64,000 bases of DNA, from assembly GCA_002269645.1 (NCBI GenBank), contig NIVC01002314.1, forward strand, positions 120,491 to 184,490, in the 5' to 3' direction. Numbering within the stretch: position 1 is the stretch's first letter; every line of letters starts with the position of its first letter. Shown in pieces: positions 53,484-64,000 of this stretch. Both the position numbers and the translations under genes were made by a program. The DNA is from Macrostomum lignano (taxonomy: Eukaryota). Below the pieces are notes generated by a model. The model was not told the DNA's origin, did not search any database, and saw only the letters and a list, made by a program, of their open reading frames with translations.

Positions 53484-54158
53484 CAGCTGATGTCGAAGCC
53501 GCGCCATCGCCGACCCTGGGAGGAGGATGATGACGTCATTGTCGATCACAACGACGACGAGATGCAACAGCAGCAACAGCATCAGCATCATCGTAATCAT
53601 CGGCACACGACCTCCTTCGACTGCAGCGTCGCGGGTAGCACAGCATCAACGTCCACACCTTCGTCGACGCCGAAAAAGTTGGAGCCCCCGACTGTTGATC
53701 GCCAGCAGCAGCAGCAGCAGCGTCAGGAGAAGGACGAGGAGATGGCCGAGTCGCCGCTGATGCTCCGTGACGTCAGTCCGACTCTGTCCGCTGTCGCTGC
53801 GCCGTCAGCCATGGAGCTGCCCAGCGACGCGGAGCCTCTGGACCTGATCCCGCGCTCGCTGTACACCTGCAAGTCCAACAAGGGCCACCTGTGCATCTAC
53901 TGCGGCAAAGTGTACTCGCGCAAGTACGGTTTGAAAATTCACCTGCGAACTCATACCGGCTACAAGCCGTTGAAATGCCGCGTCTGTCTGCGGCCGTTCG
54001 GCGATCCCAGCAACCTGAACAAGCACATCCGCTTGCACGCCGAGGGCGACACGCCGTATAGGTGCGAATTCTGCGCCAAGGTGCTGGTCCGCCGGCGCGA
54101 CCTGGAGAGGCATCAACGCTCGAGGCATCCGGACCGACTGATTATGATGGGGAAATAA
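51178..54158 (+). CDS. PRDM13: PR-domain zinc finger protein 13, 3 exons: 51178-51342, 52322-52610, 53128-54158; about 494 aa
   Basis: PR/SET domain ([39 protein letters not shown]), first finger [24 protein letters not shown], and C-terminal fingers [72 protein letters not shown], characteristic of PRDM13; GT-AG junctions in frame. Confidence 0.93.
51503..52165. repeat. Polypyrimidine tract built on a 12-nt unit (CTCCCCTCTTCT), PRDM13 intron 1
   Basis: About 660 nt that are almost exclusively C/T on the sense strand. Confidence 0.93.
52617..53071. repeat. Perfect 12-nt minisatellite (GAGATGGGATCG), about 38 copies, PRDM13 intron 2
   Basis: No variant units seen within the array. Confidence 0.97.
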
Positions 54159-54536
54159 GCTCCAGAAACCTTGATTTCTACTTATATGAGTAGCATAGTT
54201 AGTAAAACTTTATTTAACTTCCTTGAGAAGCTTATCAATAACTTTTTTAAATTATAACAATCCCTTTCATTATTGAAATTGCAACAAGACTCTAATAAAA
54301 AAATTTAACCAAGCATCCGTGCGTACATGTCTCTTGCGTGTTTTTGCTTTCAGTTCTGCTTGCTTTTCGTCACGTTTAAAATTATTGATCTCTTAAATAT
54401 ATGAAATTTAAATTAATAATAAATTAGCAAATGCACGATCATATTATTTCAATGCTATGCTATGCATGTCAATGCTTCTTACCGATCAACATCCAGCGGC
54501 TTGTACTTTAATTTTCTGGCTTGAAGAAAATATCCA

Positions 54537-55769
54537 TTCTGTAGCAGTAGGTAGGGATTCTGTAACAGTAGGTAGGGATTCTGTAACAGTAGGTAGGGAT
54601 TCTGTAACAGTAGGTAGGGATTCTGTAACAGTAGGTAGGGATTCTGTAACAGTAGGTAGAGATTCTGTAACAGTAGGTAGAGATTTGTGTAACAGTAGTT
54701 AGGCATTCTGTAACAGTAGGTAGGGATTCTGTAACAGTAGGTAGGGATTCTGTAACAGTAGTTAGGCATTCTGTAACAGTAGGTAGGGATTCTGTAACAG
54801 TAGTTAGGGATTCTGTAACAGTAGGTAGGGATTCTGTAACAGTAGTTAGGGATTCTGTAACAGTAGGTAGGGATTCTGTAACAGTAGGTAGAGATTCTGT
54901 AACAGTAGGTAGGGATTCTGTAACAGTAGGTAGAGATTTGTGTAACAGTAGGTAGAGATTCTGTAATAGAAGGTAGGATTCTGTAAGAGTAGGTAGGGAT
55001 TCTGTAACAGTAGGTAGGGATTCTGTTATAGAAGGTAGGATTCTGTAACAGTAGGTAGGGATTCTGTAACAGTAGGTAGGGATTCTGTAACAGTAGGTAG
55101 AGATTCTGTAACAGTAGGTAGGGATTCTGTAACAGTAGGTAGAGATTTGTGTAACAGTAGGTAGGGATTCTGTAATAGAAGGTAGGATTCTGTAAGAGTA
55201 GGTAGGGATTCTGTAACAGTAGGTAGGGATTCTGTAACAGTAGGTAGAGATTTGTGTAACAGTAGGTAGGGATTCTGTAACAGTAGGTAGGGATTCTGTA
55301 ACAGTAGGTAGGGATTCTGTAACAGTAGTTAGGCATTCTGTAACAGTTAGGTATGGATTCTGTAACAGTAGTTAGGGATTCTGTAACAGTAGGTAGGGAT
55401 TCTGTAACAGTAGGTAGGGATTCTGTAACAGTAGTTAGGGATTCTGTAACAGTAGGTAGGGATTCTGTAACAGTAGGTAGGGATTCTGTAACAGTAGTTA
55501 GGGATTCTGTAACAGTAGGTAGGGATTCTGTAACAGTAGGTAGAGATTCTGTAACAGTAGGTAGGGATTCTGTAACAGTAGGTAGAGATTCTGTAACAGT
55601 AGGTAGGGATTCTGTAACAGTAGGTAGAGATTTGTGTAACAGTAGGTAGGGATTCTGTAATAGAAGGTAGGATTCTGTAAGAGTAGGTAGGGATTCTGTA
55701 ACAGTAGGTAGGGATTCTGTAACAGTAGGTAGGGATTCTGTAACAGTAGGTAGGGATTCTGTAACAGTA
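54537..55769. repeat. 21-nt minisatellite (GGGATTCTGTAACAGTAGGTA), about 58 copies
   Basis: Direct tandem repeats. Confidence 0.96.
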
Positions 55770-56259
55770 AGTGCAGGGCATTGTTGAAAGACTTCAACAA
55801 TGTGAAATTTCAAGCTTTTAAGTATCGAGCCAGTGAAAATGGCCTGCTGAATGATTTGGCAGTCTTGTCTTGTGTCTAATTTGTCTATGGCTGAAACCCA
55901 CCGAAGGTAATACCGCTGTTCATGGGCGAATTGATTGCCAACGAAAGCTTTCTCGCGAACTATTGTTATACAGCAATAATTTAACTTATATAAATTATAA
56001 CAATAATTTATTGTTATAATTGAAGGATGGCACGTCAACATGACAAGCCGAAGTACTCCACCATGTGGGGCATGGAGTACACTCACAACGGTAATTTAGT
56101 CACACTGCGCAGTCATACGCCTAGCGTAAGATTTCGCGTTATTGGCGAGTCTCAAACGGAGACCAGGGATGCATTTGAGACTTTTGCGGTGCCCAACAAG
56201 CAACGATCTCTGCCTGTGGTGAGTCTGGGGTTGCGGCGAATGCAATGTTAGAGGGGCCT

Positions 56260-56580
56260 GCAAGAGCCGCCAGCAAGAAGCGCCAGCCGAAACTGGCGCC
56301 ACCATAAGAGAGGCGCCACAAGCAATGAGGTGGCGCACACAGTAGTGAGGGGTGCCACCCAGCAATGAGAGGCGCCACCAGCAATCAGAGGCGCCACCAG
56401 CAATGAGAGGCGCCACCAGCAATGAGAGGCGCCAACAGCAATGAGAGGCGCCAGCAGCAATAAGAGGCGCCACCCAGCAATGGGGGCGCCGCAGACAATG
56501 AAGGGCGCCAGCAGCAATGAAGGGCGCCAACCAACAATGAGGGGTGCCACCCAGCAGTGAGGGGCGCCATAAGCAATGAG
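56260..56580. repeat. 19-nt minisatellite (GAGGCGCCACCAGCAATGA), about 16 degenerate copies
   Basis: Direct tandem repeats. Confidence 0.88.
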
Positions 56581-56712
56581 GAGCGTCACAGGAACGAAGA
56601 TGAAGGCAGTAAAAATAAAAGAGCTGCATTGACGTATGCTATTCAGCAGAAACATTATATTTATGATGCCTGATATACAAGCTACTAATGATAACAATTT
56701 ATGCATTTTTAG

Positions 56713-57356
56713 TAGAGAGAATGTACGAGCAATTTGGCATCCTGTTGAACTCACCCACCCGCAAGCAGTCTGAAGACGTCGCGTCGCCATTCCCGGACAT
56801 CAAGCCCCAGAACTACGCCGCGCTGCTATTCAACTGCTACTACAAACGGCAGAGCGACAGGCGCCGACAGGGCGGCAGAAACCACAAGCACAACGAGCCG
56901 AAGCTGTCCGAGTCGGAGGTTGGCAGATTTTTGCGCACCTTCCACGGCGGCCTGTCGGCGCAGCGGGTGGCCACCATGGTCTCGTCCGCTACTGGGGCCG
57001 TAGTGAATCAAGTGGGTCGCAACGAGTTTAATATTCTATGCTCGGCTTACCTACCGGTGATTCCGTGCCTAGATTACCTGTTGGAATACCTGGAGGCTGA
57101 CGCTGACGAAGTCGGCATCATCAACGGATCGGTTGCCGCGCAGCTGCTCGAGCGTCACGGCTTCCTTGAAGCTGCCCGTTGGCTTCGACGACGAAAGGAG
57201 CCGTCGGCGACGCCGATCGCCTATCCGCAGCTGCTGCACCTCATGGGCCTGCCGAGCTGCTCGCCTTGGAGCCAGCGGAGCTCGTCCGGCACCACTGGGA
57301 CAACAGTATCCACCAACGGCATGGCGCCAGTGACGGTGACCTGCGATCGGCCTTGA
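56713..57356 (+). CDS. Uncharacterised protein with degenerate EF-hand-like helices; probable last exon, with a candidate first exon at 56027-56090 or 56027-56218
   Basis: GC-rich 214-codon open frame after a TTTTTAG acceptor; LSESEVGRFLRTF, VGRNEFNIL and EADADEVGIINGSVAAQLL resemble EF-hand E/F helices; AATAAA at 57450. Exon structure unresolved. Confidence 0.45.
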
Positions 57357-57514
57357 ATGAAGGCGCTTGGTTGCTGAGATTCAGAGCTGCTTTAGGAGTT
57401 GATTAAGAGGCTGAACCCGGATTGTAACCAATATCGGACTGTTGTTTCAAATAAAAAAATAAATCAATTGCTTCTGTGAGTGGCCCCACATTCAGTTGGG
57501 TTTTGCGTACAAAA

Positions 57515-57720
57515 ATTCGTGCGATTCCCACCTACGCTCGTACAGCCCCCAGGGCACAGAAAGTGTACATGCCTGTCAAGATTAGAAAGTCAGGGCGGGC
57601 TGTACACCCTGTGTGAGCGTGTTTGGGTGCTGTGCCTGCTTATAGTATTGACACGCTTCGGGAGTCAGCAAAATAGGCAGAATTGCTCCAGCGCTGGTGC
57701 TGTGGGACGATGTGGGACGG
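57515..57720 (+). mobile_element. Dispersed repeat family A copy
   Basis: Colinear similarity to 13845-14030 and 9930-10015. Confidence 0.7.
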
Positions 57721-58925
57721 TGCTTCGTAAGACCATTGTTAGTGAACTTCTAGTCTTCTGGTATACTCAAATCATGTTGAATGGTTTTCTAAAAAAGGCC
57801 CGCAGCAGCATTAGTTCAGTATCCAAAACCGAATACTAAGCTCTAAGGGCTTGCGCTTAGGTTTAATCGTCACAAAATCTTTATGCATGTCGTTTAATCG
57901 CGGGTTCCATGGCAACAATGTAAACGCAATTTCTCGCAGGGTGATAAACATAAACTACAACTGCGTAATTTGCTTAATAAATAGCTGCTGCAGGTAGAAA
58001 TTGATCTCGCGCGTAAATTGCCCGTGTAAGAGAAAGGAAACTTCAGTACTGTGAAAAAGGAACTTCACATCAGTTAAAATATTGTGATGCCCTAAAAAAG
58101 TAGGGTTCCAATACACGCTCGTAAAACTAGTTTTAAAACGTAATAAACGCACGTCGTGTAATGTCTTCAGACGTGCGTAATACTCTTACCGCGTATGTGC
58201 ATCCAGAGCGTCAATCTGATACGAAACTACGTGCGCAAATATGCATGTAATCTCCAGCGTGAAACTTATGCGCGTCGTTTACGCTGCAATTACATGTGTA
58301 ATACGCTCTGCGGCAGAGACTGAAAAGCACTCGTGGAAGCATAAGTAGGCTCGTAGAAGCTTCAGCTAGGGCTCCGCGCTCACCCGTGATGGGACAAGCC
58401 CCGTACTTTATAAGCAATTGCTTTGCTGTGCGCTTGTTTTGCGCGCTATTTTTCAGGAAAGAATCGGTAAGCCAGAAATTGCAACCTTTTGTAACCTGTA
58501 AATTTACAATGTAGTTGTAAATTAGCTTAGCTTGTTCTCCATGTTGCGCAACGTATAAATTTTAATATCAATATTTCATCCTATATAGTATAGATCGTAA
58601 TTGAAGTTTTGATTTATGTTCTCTTCATTTTGAGATATTTTGAGATTAAATCATAAGTATTAATCAAATCAGAACTAAGAACTCCCTGGTCCTATCTCGA
58701 AGCTTGTATTGGAATGAAATGAATTGATTCTAGGCTCCATGGGTTCGTGTTTGTCCCCTTACAATTACCTCGTATTTAAATATCCTTGTGAGATGGTATT
58801 TATAGTCCTTTTGTTGGCGTAATGCATAGAATAGTGCAGTTTTAGTATAGAGGCATTTGCTACACTTTTTAATAATTCCTTTTAAACTTTATGAATTTTT
58901 AAAGGAAGCTAAGAAGAAGACAAAG

Positions 58926-60375
58926 ATGAACATCGCGCTCTCTCACCATTCCTGCCGTTGGTCATCCATTCACCCTTGGTGTGCTGTACAACAGCAGGAC
59001 CAGCCAAATCATCCCCGGAGTCAAGTTATTCACCACTGAGCAGATGCAGGCTATGCTGACCGAAACTAAGAAAATTAGCATGGAGACCGATATCGTCACA
59101 GAAACGTCAGCGAACAGCAAAAACCTGAGCACAAAAGTGACTGGAAATCTGTCGCTGTCAATTTTATCGGGACTAGTTTCGGCTAAAGGCTCCGGGAACT
59201 ATCAGACTGCATTAAAAGAGAAGAAAGAGACGGAGAGTGCCATATATCGATTGCAAGTTCAAGGAAAGTATTGGGAACTTGTTCTCCCACCAGATTGGAA
59301 GCTGAAGAGCTCAGCGAGCTACAAAGATGCGACTCACGTAGTAATGGGAATTCAGTACGGCGGAGCCGCACTGTTCTTCTTTGAGCGGGACAGAGAAGAC
59401 TCCGCAACGAGCGATAAAACCGGAGGCCGTCTGCAAGCTGATATTGGCAAGTTTGCATCGGTGGTCAGCATCTCTGGAGCTGCCTCGCTTGACATGACGT
59501 CGGAGGAAACAAAAGTCCTGCAGAAGATCCGGGTTGCCTACAAAGGAGACTTCCACCTGGCCAGCCCACCGACCGACTTCATTGAAGCCATGAAGTGCAT
59601 TCAAACAATCCAAGCGGCTGAAGCTAGATCGCCACTGACGGTCACTCTGCTTCCTCTGTCACTGCTGGTTGAAGACGCTCCACCAGCTCCCCTGCCACTA
59701 CCGCGCACGTGCATCTCTAAAACTGTTCGCTGCTACGATGTGCTGAAAGAAGCTCTGACTACTCTGGAGGAAATTACTTACAAGCTGAGACCGACAGCGT
59801 GGACTCACGTGGTGAAGAAGCTGGAAGCGGAACTTCGGGAGCTCGAATCATTCAAGTCTTCCCTTGATGATGTTGTGAGGGAAGCTGTTCTAGATCACAC
59901 GGCTGAGCCTGCTAATCGTGCGAAAAAAATTGAGTTAAAAACTGGCCTTTTTGACGCTGGAAAAAAGTACGCTTACCTACAGGAATGGGCCACCGCAGTC
60001 GCCGATGCCGGTGACGTTCTGGTTGTGATTTCCAATAAGTTCCGGCAGTCTGGCGCCCAGATAATTAAAAGCCAGGCCCAGAGAGCCGAATTCATCATGA
60101 GAAGCATGACAGAACAAAAGCAAAAGATGTACTGCCTGTCTTGCCCAATGAAATTGTTTGAACTGCAAAACTTCAAGCTCCAAGCTGGACTGAAACTCTG
60201 GAGCGATGAAGAACTGGAGAAGAAGTTTTACAAAGCGTTGGTAAAATACTGCCCCAGGCCAGGAAATCAAAAACAGAAATTTGAGCAATCTCTAGCGGCT
60301 GTTGAGCAATCCGAGGTTTCTGATTCTGATGCATCCGGAGTGCAGGTGATCTTCCAGAACCTCTCATTAAATTAA
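58926..60375 (+). CDS. Stonustoxin/verrucotoxin-like pore-forming protein 1 (about 480 aa); ATG out of frame by +1 with the conserved N-terminus (pseudogene or indel)
   Basis: PAVGHPFTLGVLYNSRTSQIIPG (cf. AALGRPFTLGMLYDAR..LIPG), LSGLVSAKGSGNY, ATHVVMGIQYGGAALFFF, YKGDFHLASPPTDFIEA and PLTVTLLPL; then a helical region and a short THX-like region, with no PRY-SPRY. ATG at 58926 reads ATG-A-ACA. Confidence 0.8.
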
Positions 60376-60689
60376 AATTAAATTGGTGACACCTCCGTTC
60401 GTGAGTAACGACAATATTTGATTGTGAAAACGTGAACTACCGAGTTTGCAAACTAAAGCGCAAACTTTTAGACAAGACCGGAAAGTAGACTATATTTGCC
60501 TTACACATTTTCTCACCTTTCTATACCAAGTGGAGATAGCTTATGGATCTGTTTATATGTGCCTTACTCCTTCGCGATAAATGATTAATTTGTTTTATTT
60601 CCCTCTCATTAATTGATTCTTTTTTGTTTTCACTAAATATTCAGATCCGCTTTGCTTTACATTTTCTACTCACGTGTACTTATTCAGTA

Positions 60690-60990
60690 GGAGAGTGGAG
60701 TCTAGGTCTGTAGCCTATCGGTTAGGCGGTTAGCAACCCACTAAGAACAATTTGTATCCTTGAGCAAGACACCTAACTCTGCATTGCTTCAGTTCTCCCA
60801 GCTGTAAAATGGGTGCTGCATTAGCTGAGGTAATTGAGGGTGTGTGTGGCGACCCCAGCCCTTGAACTGAACAGCCGTACGCAGCCTTCAGATGCGCCGC
60901 GCAATAGCTGCGGCTGAGCTGTCGGTTGCACATCTAGGTAGGTGGTATCAATTAAAATAATAATAATTATTATTATTATTACTATTATTG
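60690..60990 (+). mobile_element. CORE-type SINE copy with eroded tRNA head and (TAA/TTA)n tail, between the two SNTX-like genes
   Basis: TCCTTGAGCAAGACACCTAACTCTGCATTGCTTCAG..CCCAGCTGTAAAATGGGTGC..GAACTGAACAGCCGTACGCAGCCTTCAGATGCGCCGCGCAAT matches the reverse complement of 23555-23845. Confidence 0.8.
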
Positions 60991-61492
60991 CTATTATCAT
61001 TAATATTATTATTATTACTAATAGTCGTAAAATACACTCTAATTAAATGTTAATTGGAATCAGATTGGTAAAAGTACTATAAATACGATTTCTCATTGTA
61101 CTCGTAATATATACTCTCAGTTCTAGTAACAAAATCTTTACATAGTACGAGTACTATTAAAATATTTATGAATATGAAACAGGCATATTTTGTTCGCTGT
61201 CACTAAACCTTAAGTATGTAATCCAGCTTCTTTTTTTTCAATAAAAGTTAATAAAAAAATACGGATTGTTAAACAAAAAATGTTTTTCTTCTTCTTTTTT
61301 GGATTAGTGCACTAGGAATCATATCAGCGGCAGTCGATAGCTTGTATCTTCTTCTTAGTATAATTTTAGTACTCTCGAGATAAAACATTGACCCTTATTG
61401 GAGAAGTTGCTAGTAGGCTTATTAAATGGCGGAACTCGCTCTAACAACCATCGGCCAAACATTTCAGCACAATCCTGACGAACGACTTCAAC

Positions 61493-63519
61493 ATGCAAAC
61501 TCAACCGGAGTGCATCCTGTCTCTGGGCCGGCCGTTTCAGCTCGGACAGCTGTACGACATCCGACAGCACCGGATCATTGCACAGTCGGCCTGGCCATCT
61601 GATCGAATTCGGAAAATGACGACTCGGCTGGATGATGCGCCCAGCGTGAGGTTTTCTCTGGACTACGAGTACAGCTCGAAACGCCGAGCGGAGCAGCTGG
61701 GGCTGAACGCCCAGCTGAGATTTTGCATTGAGTTCAAAGCGTTGTGGTGGACAGTGTACGAGAAGACAATGACAGGATCAGCAAAATACGTCACGAGGCA
61801 AGCTCCACCGAGACCAGTGGAAGCGTCACTTTGCAGTACGACGTGAAGAGTGCGTTTGAGGAGCTTCAGTACTGCAACGAGCCTGTAGACAATGAGAAGA
61901 AGTTACTAAGCATTGGTGCAACGCACGTTGTGACAGGAATCAGGTACGGAGGCAAGGCGTTCATTGTCTGCAAAGGCTGGTCCAATGCGTCCAGCTTCTT
62001 CGAGCGAGCAACATCTGACTGTCATGAACTGGTAGATTGGAAGGTGGAACAGTGGATCAGAGATGCTGGGCAGTCTGCCAGATCGTTCGCTCAGTTTGGC
62101 TTGCCGAACCGCTCTTCAAGTTCTGGCAGTTATCAGATCGAGTGTCACACAGACTTCAAGCAGCCAAGGAAGACAATGAGAGAGCCACCGGATGTTTTAG
62201 AGTATTTTAAATCCTTGGATTCGAGGGATGCGAATCAAGCAATGGAAATCCATCTCACTCCATTGTGCTACTTTTGCCCGTCGGTTCCAGCTTCAGTCCC
62301 AATGACAAAAACGCAACATCTGGAAGATGCCTGCCAGTACCTTCAAGCGTTGAAGGCTGGCTTTGAACATTCCGAGCAACTTTTGGACAAGATTAGCCGG
62401 GAGGCAGAGTTGAACATTTCAATCGGAGAGACACTGAACGGATACAATAGAGACCTGGACACTCATGTAAACGAGTACACACAGCGGATGCAACAAAGTT
62501 TTGTGAATCATCGCACTTCGGACGAGTTTGCTGAAGCTCATCACGCCGGCAGTTTAGACAGCGTCTTCACCTACACCAGCATGGACACCTCTTTGAACAT
62601 GTTTGGTCGCCAAACTACCGACCTCTGCGATTTAAGTGCAAAGCTTCGACAGGGTATTGACGCTACAAGCGCTGAAGAACTTGAGATGAAAGCAGAAAGA
62701 TTGGCAAAGGAAATAGAGGACCTTTTTAGCATACACAACTCAAGCAAGCAGCTTGAAGAGCAAATGTCCCCAGGACAGAGCAACTTTAGAATTAAGCGCA
62801 CCAGAATCGAAGAAAGAAGTCGGGATGATCGGTCCTGCATCACTTGGTGCATCAGGTGTCGAAGTACGTGCCATGAAGACTGTGGCTATTCCAATAACGA
62901 GGATAAAGCAAAGTGCTGTGCCATGAACAGTGATGGATACTGTAAAGAGTGCGGCTGCTACTGGAGACTTCACCGAAACACCAGCACCGAACAGAGGGAG
63001 TTTGAATACTACGAATCTGTTCCCATTGACAAAGTGAGCAAGAAGTATGGAGAAAATACAAACCAGCGCGGTGCTGCGAGGCGTCTCAAGTATCACCTAG
63101 GAATGGACGCGAAGATGGCTTTGCAGAAAACGGCCTACAAACTCGTGAGTGCTCACAGGTGCTTGAAAGGCCTGCACCAGGACGTCAACTTGGATCAGTT
63201 CATTAGAGACAAGCTTCGGTCCAAGCGGCTGGATCCGGAAGATTCCTCCAAGTTGATTGAACTGACCAAAGCTATCGATGCACGAGTTGAGGATAGAACC
63301 GATTACGCTAGGTTTGAATGGCAGTCACGACTGCCGGAACGTCCGACAACGCCGCCGACATTTGGTGCAGTCGGTGCAGACAGTACAGGCAGTGGTACGG
63401 CTCGTATTGGTGCAGCAGTCTTTGGTGCCGGTTCATCCGATTTGTATCGTTCTTTGTACGGTGGGCGACAAAATCGGGATTCAAATCCCCAGTCTGATCC
63501 GGATTGCACTATTAGTTGA
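61493..63519 (+). CDS. Stonustoxin-like pore-forming protein 2 with a C-terminal Cys-rich module and CaaX box (about 675 aa), interrupted by a 1-nt frameshift near 61791
   Basis: Frame 1: LSLGRPFQLGQLYDIR..GSAKYV; frame 2: HEASSTETSGSVTLQYDVKSAFEEL, ATHVVTGIRYGGKAF, ECHTDF and MEIHLTPL. Restoring one base gives GSAKYVHEASSTETSGSVTLQY, matching the spacing of SNTX GSAKYL..VTLQY. Ends DCTIS-stop. Confidence 0.8.
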
Positions 63520-64000
63520 ATTTGAATTCTATAATTGTATACGAGTTGACAATTCAATTTAGATTGATCGAAAAGAAGGCAAATAGGACGTTACTTCCGA
63601 ATACGAGCTTAGTAGAATCGAATTATTTAAATTTAACTGGCTATATATTAGTAATAGCATACGTAGTACCGTCCTGTTTGCAAATGAATCTTATATAAAC
63701 TTTAGAGACCCAAGAACGATTACTAACCACTATTTTAGCTATCAGTATTCACCCATGTAATTTATATTATTGAACGTAGCTTATTCGCATCTTACGCTAA
63801 TGTTTTACTCTGTAGCTTATATATATTACGAGCAAATCGCACGGTTTGTTACTCTTTTTCAGTATTCGGGTTATAAAATTAGTATTCGGGCGCAATAAAT
63901 CACTGTTTCGATGGCGTGTAACTTGGGGTGCATAAAGTGGTCCATTCTAAGACGCTGTCAGGTATAGGACACCGTGTGGGCACCGTTTGGGGCACCGTGT

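Noticed and set aside
55770-56086. Unique 5' part of the 535-aa minus-strand ORF 54479-56086
   Set aside because: Mostly minisatellite read-through; the unique part has no recognisable domain and overlaps the likely 5' region of the plus-strand EF-hand-like gene.
61744-61800. An intron as the explanation of the frame change in SNTX-like gene 2
   Set aside because: Homology is continuous on both sides with only one base missing; no GT-AG pair of usable length preserves both the GSAKY and VTLQY motifs.

Overview
Eukaryotic (metazoan) genomic DNA with GT-AG spliceosomal introns. Minisatellite-filled introns, compact co-oriented housekeeping genes and the gene set suggest a free-living flatworm such as Macrostomum; this is an inference and cannot be confirmed from sequence alone. 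Left half: six minus-strand genes in a row (FDX1-like adrenodoxin, PAF1, 11-exon SHPRH, 4-exon FNIP, two RPLP2 copies encoding identical proteins). Middle (about 29.5-35 kb): an AT-rich, CpG-depleted block with a decayed RecQ-type helicase and several inverted-repeat elements. Right half, plus strand: RSPH3, a 13-kb satellite/TE-rich tract, PRDM13, an EF-hand-like ORF and two tandem stonustoxin (SNTX)-like pore-forming protein genes, each with a single-base frameshift. About 25 different tandem arrays are present; most long ORFs in the ORF track are artefacts of these arrays. Best leads: (1) the SNTX-like pair, the second ending in a Cys-rich module plus a CaaX box (CTIS); (2) RIP-like C>T hypermutation at CpG and CpA in the central repeat block; (3) a different minisatellite in nearly every SHPRH intron, many sharing a GGG..GATTC core; (4) RPLP2 twins whose identity is confined exactly to the exon. 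All alignments and counts were done by eye.
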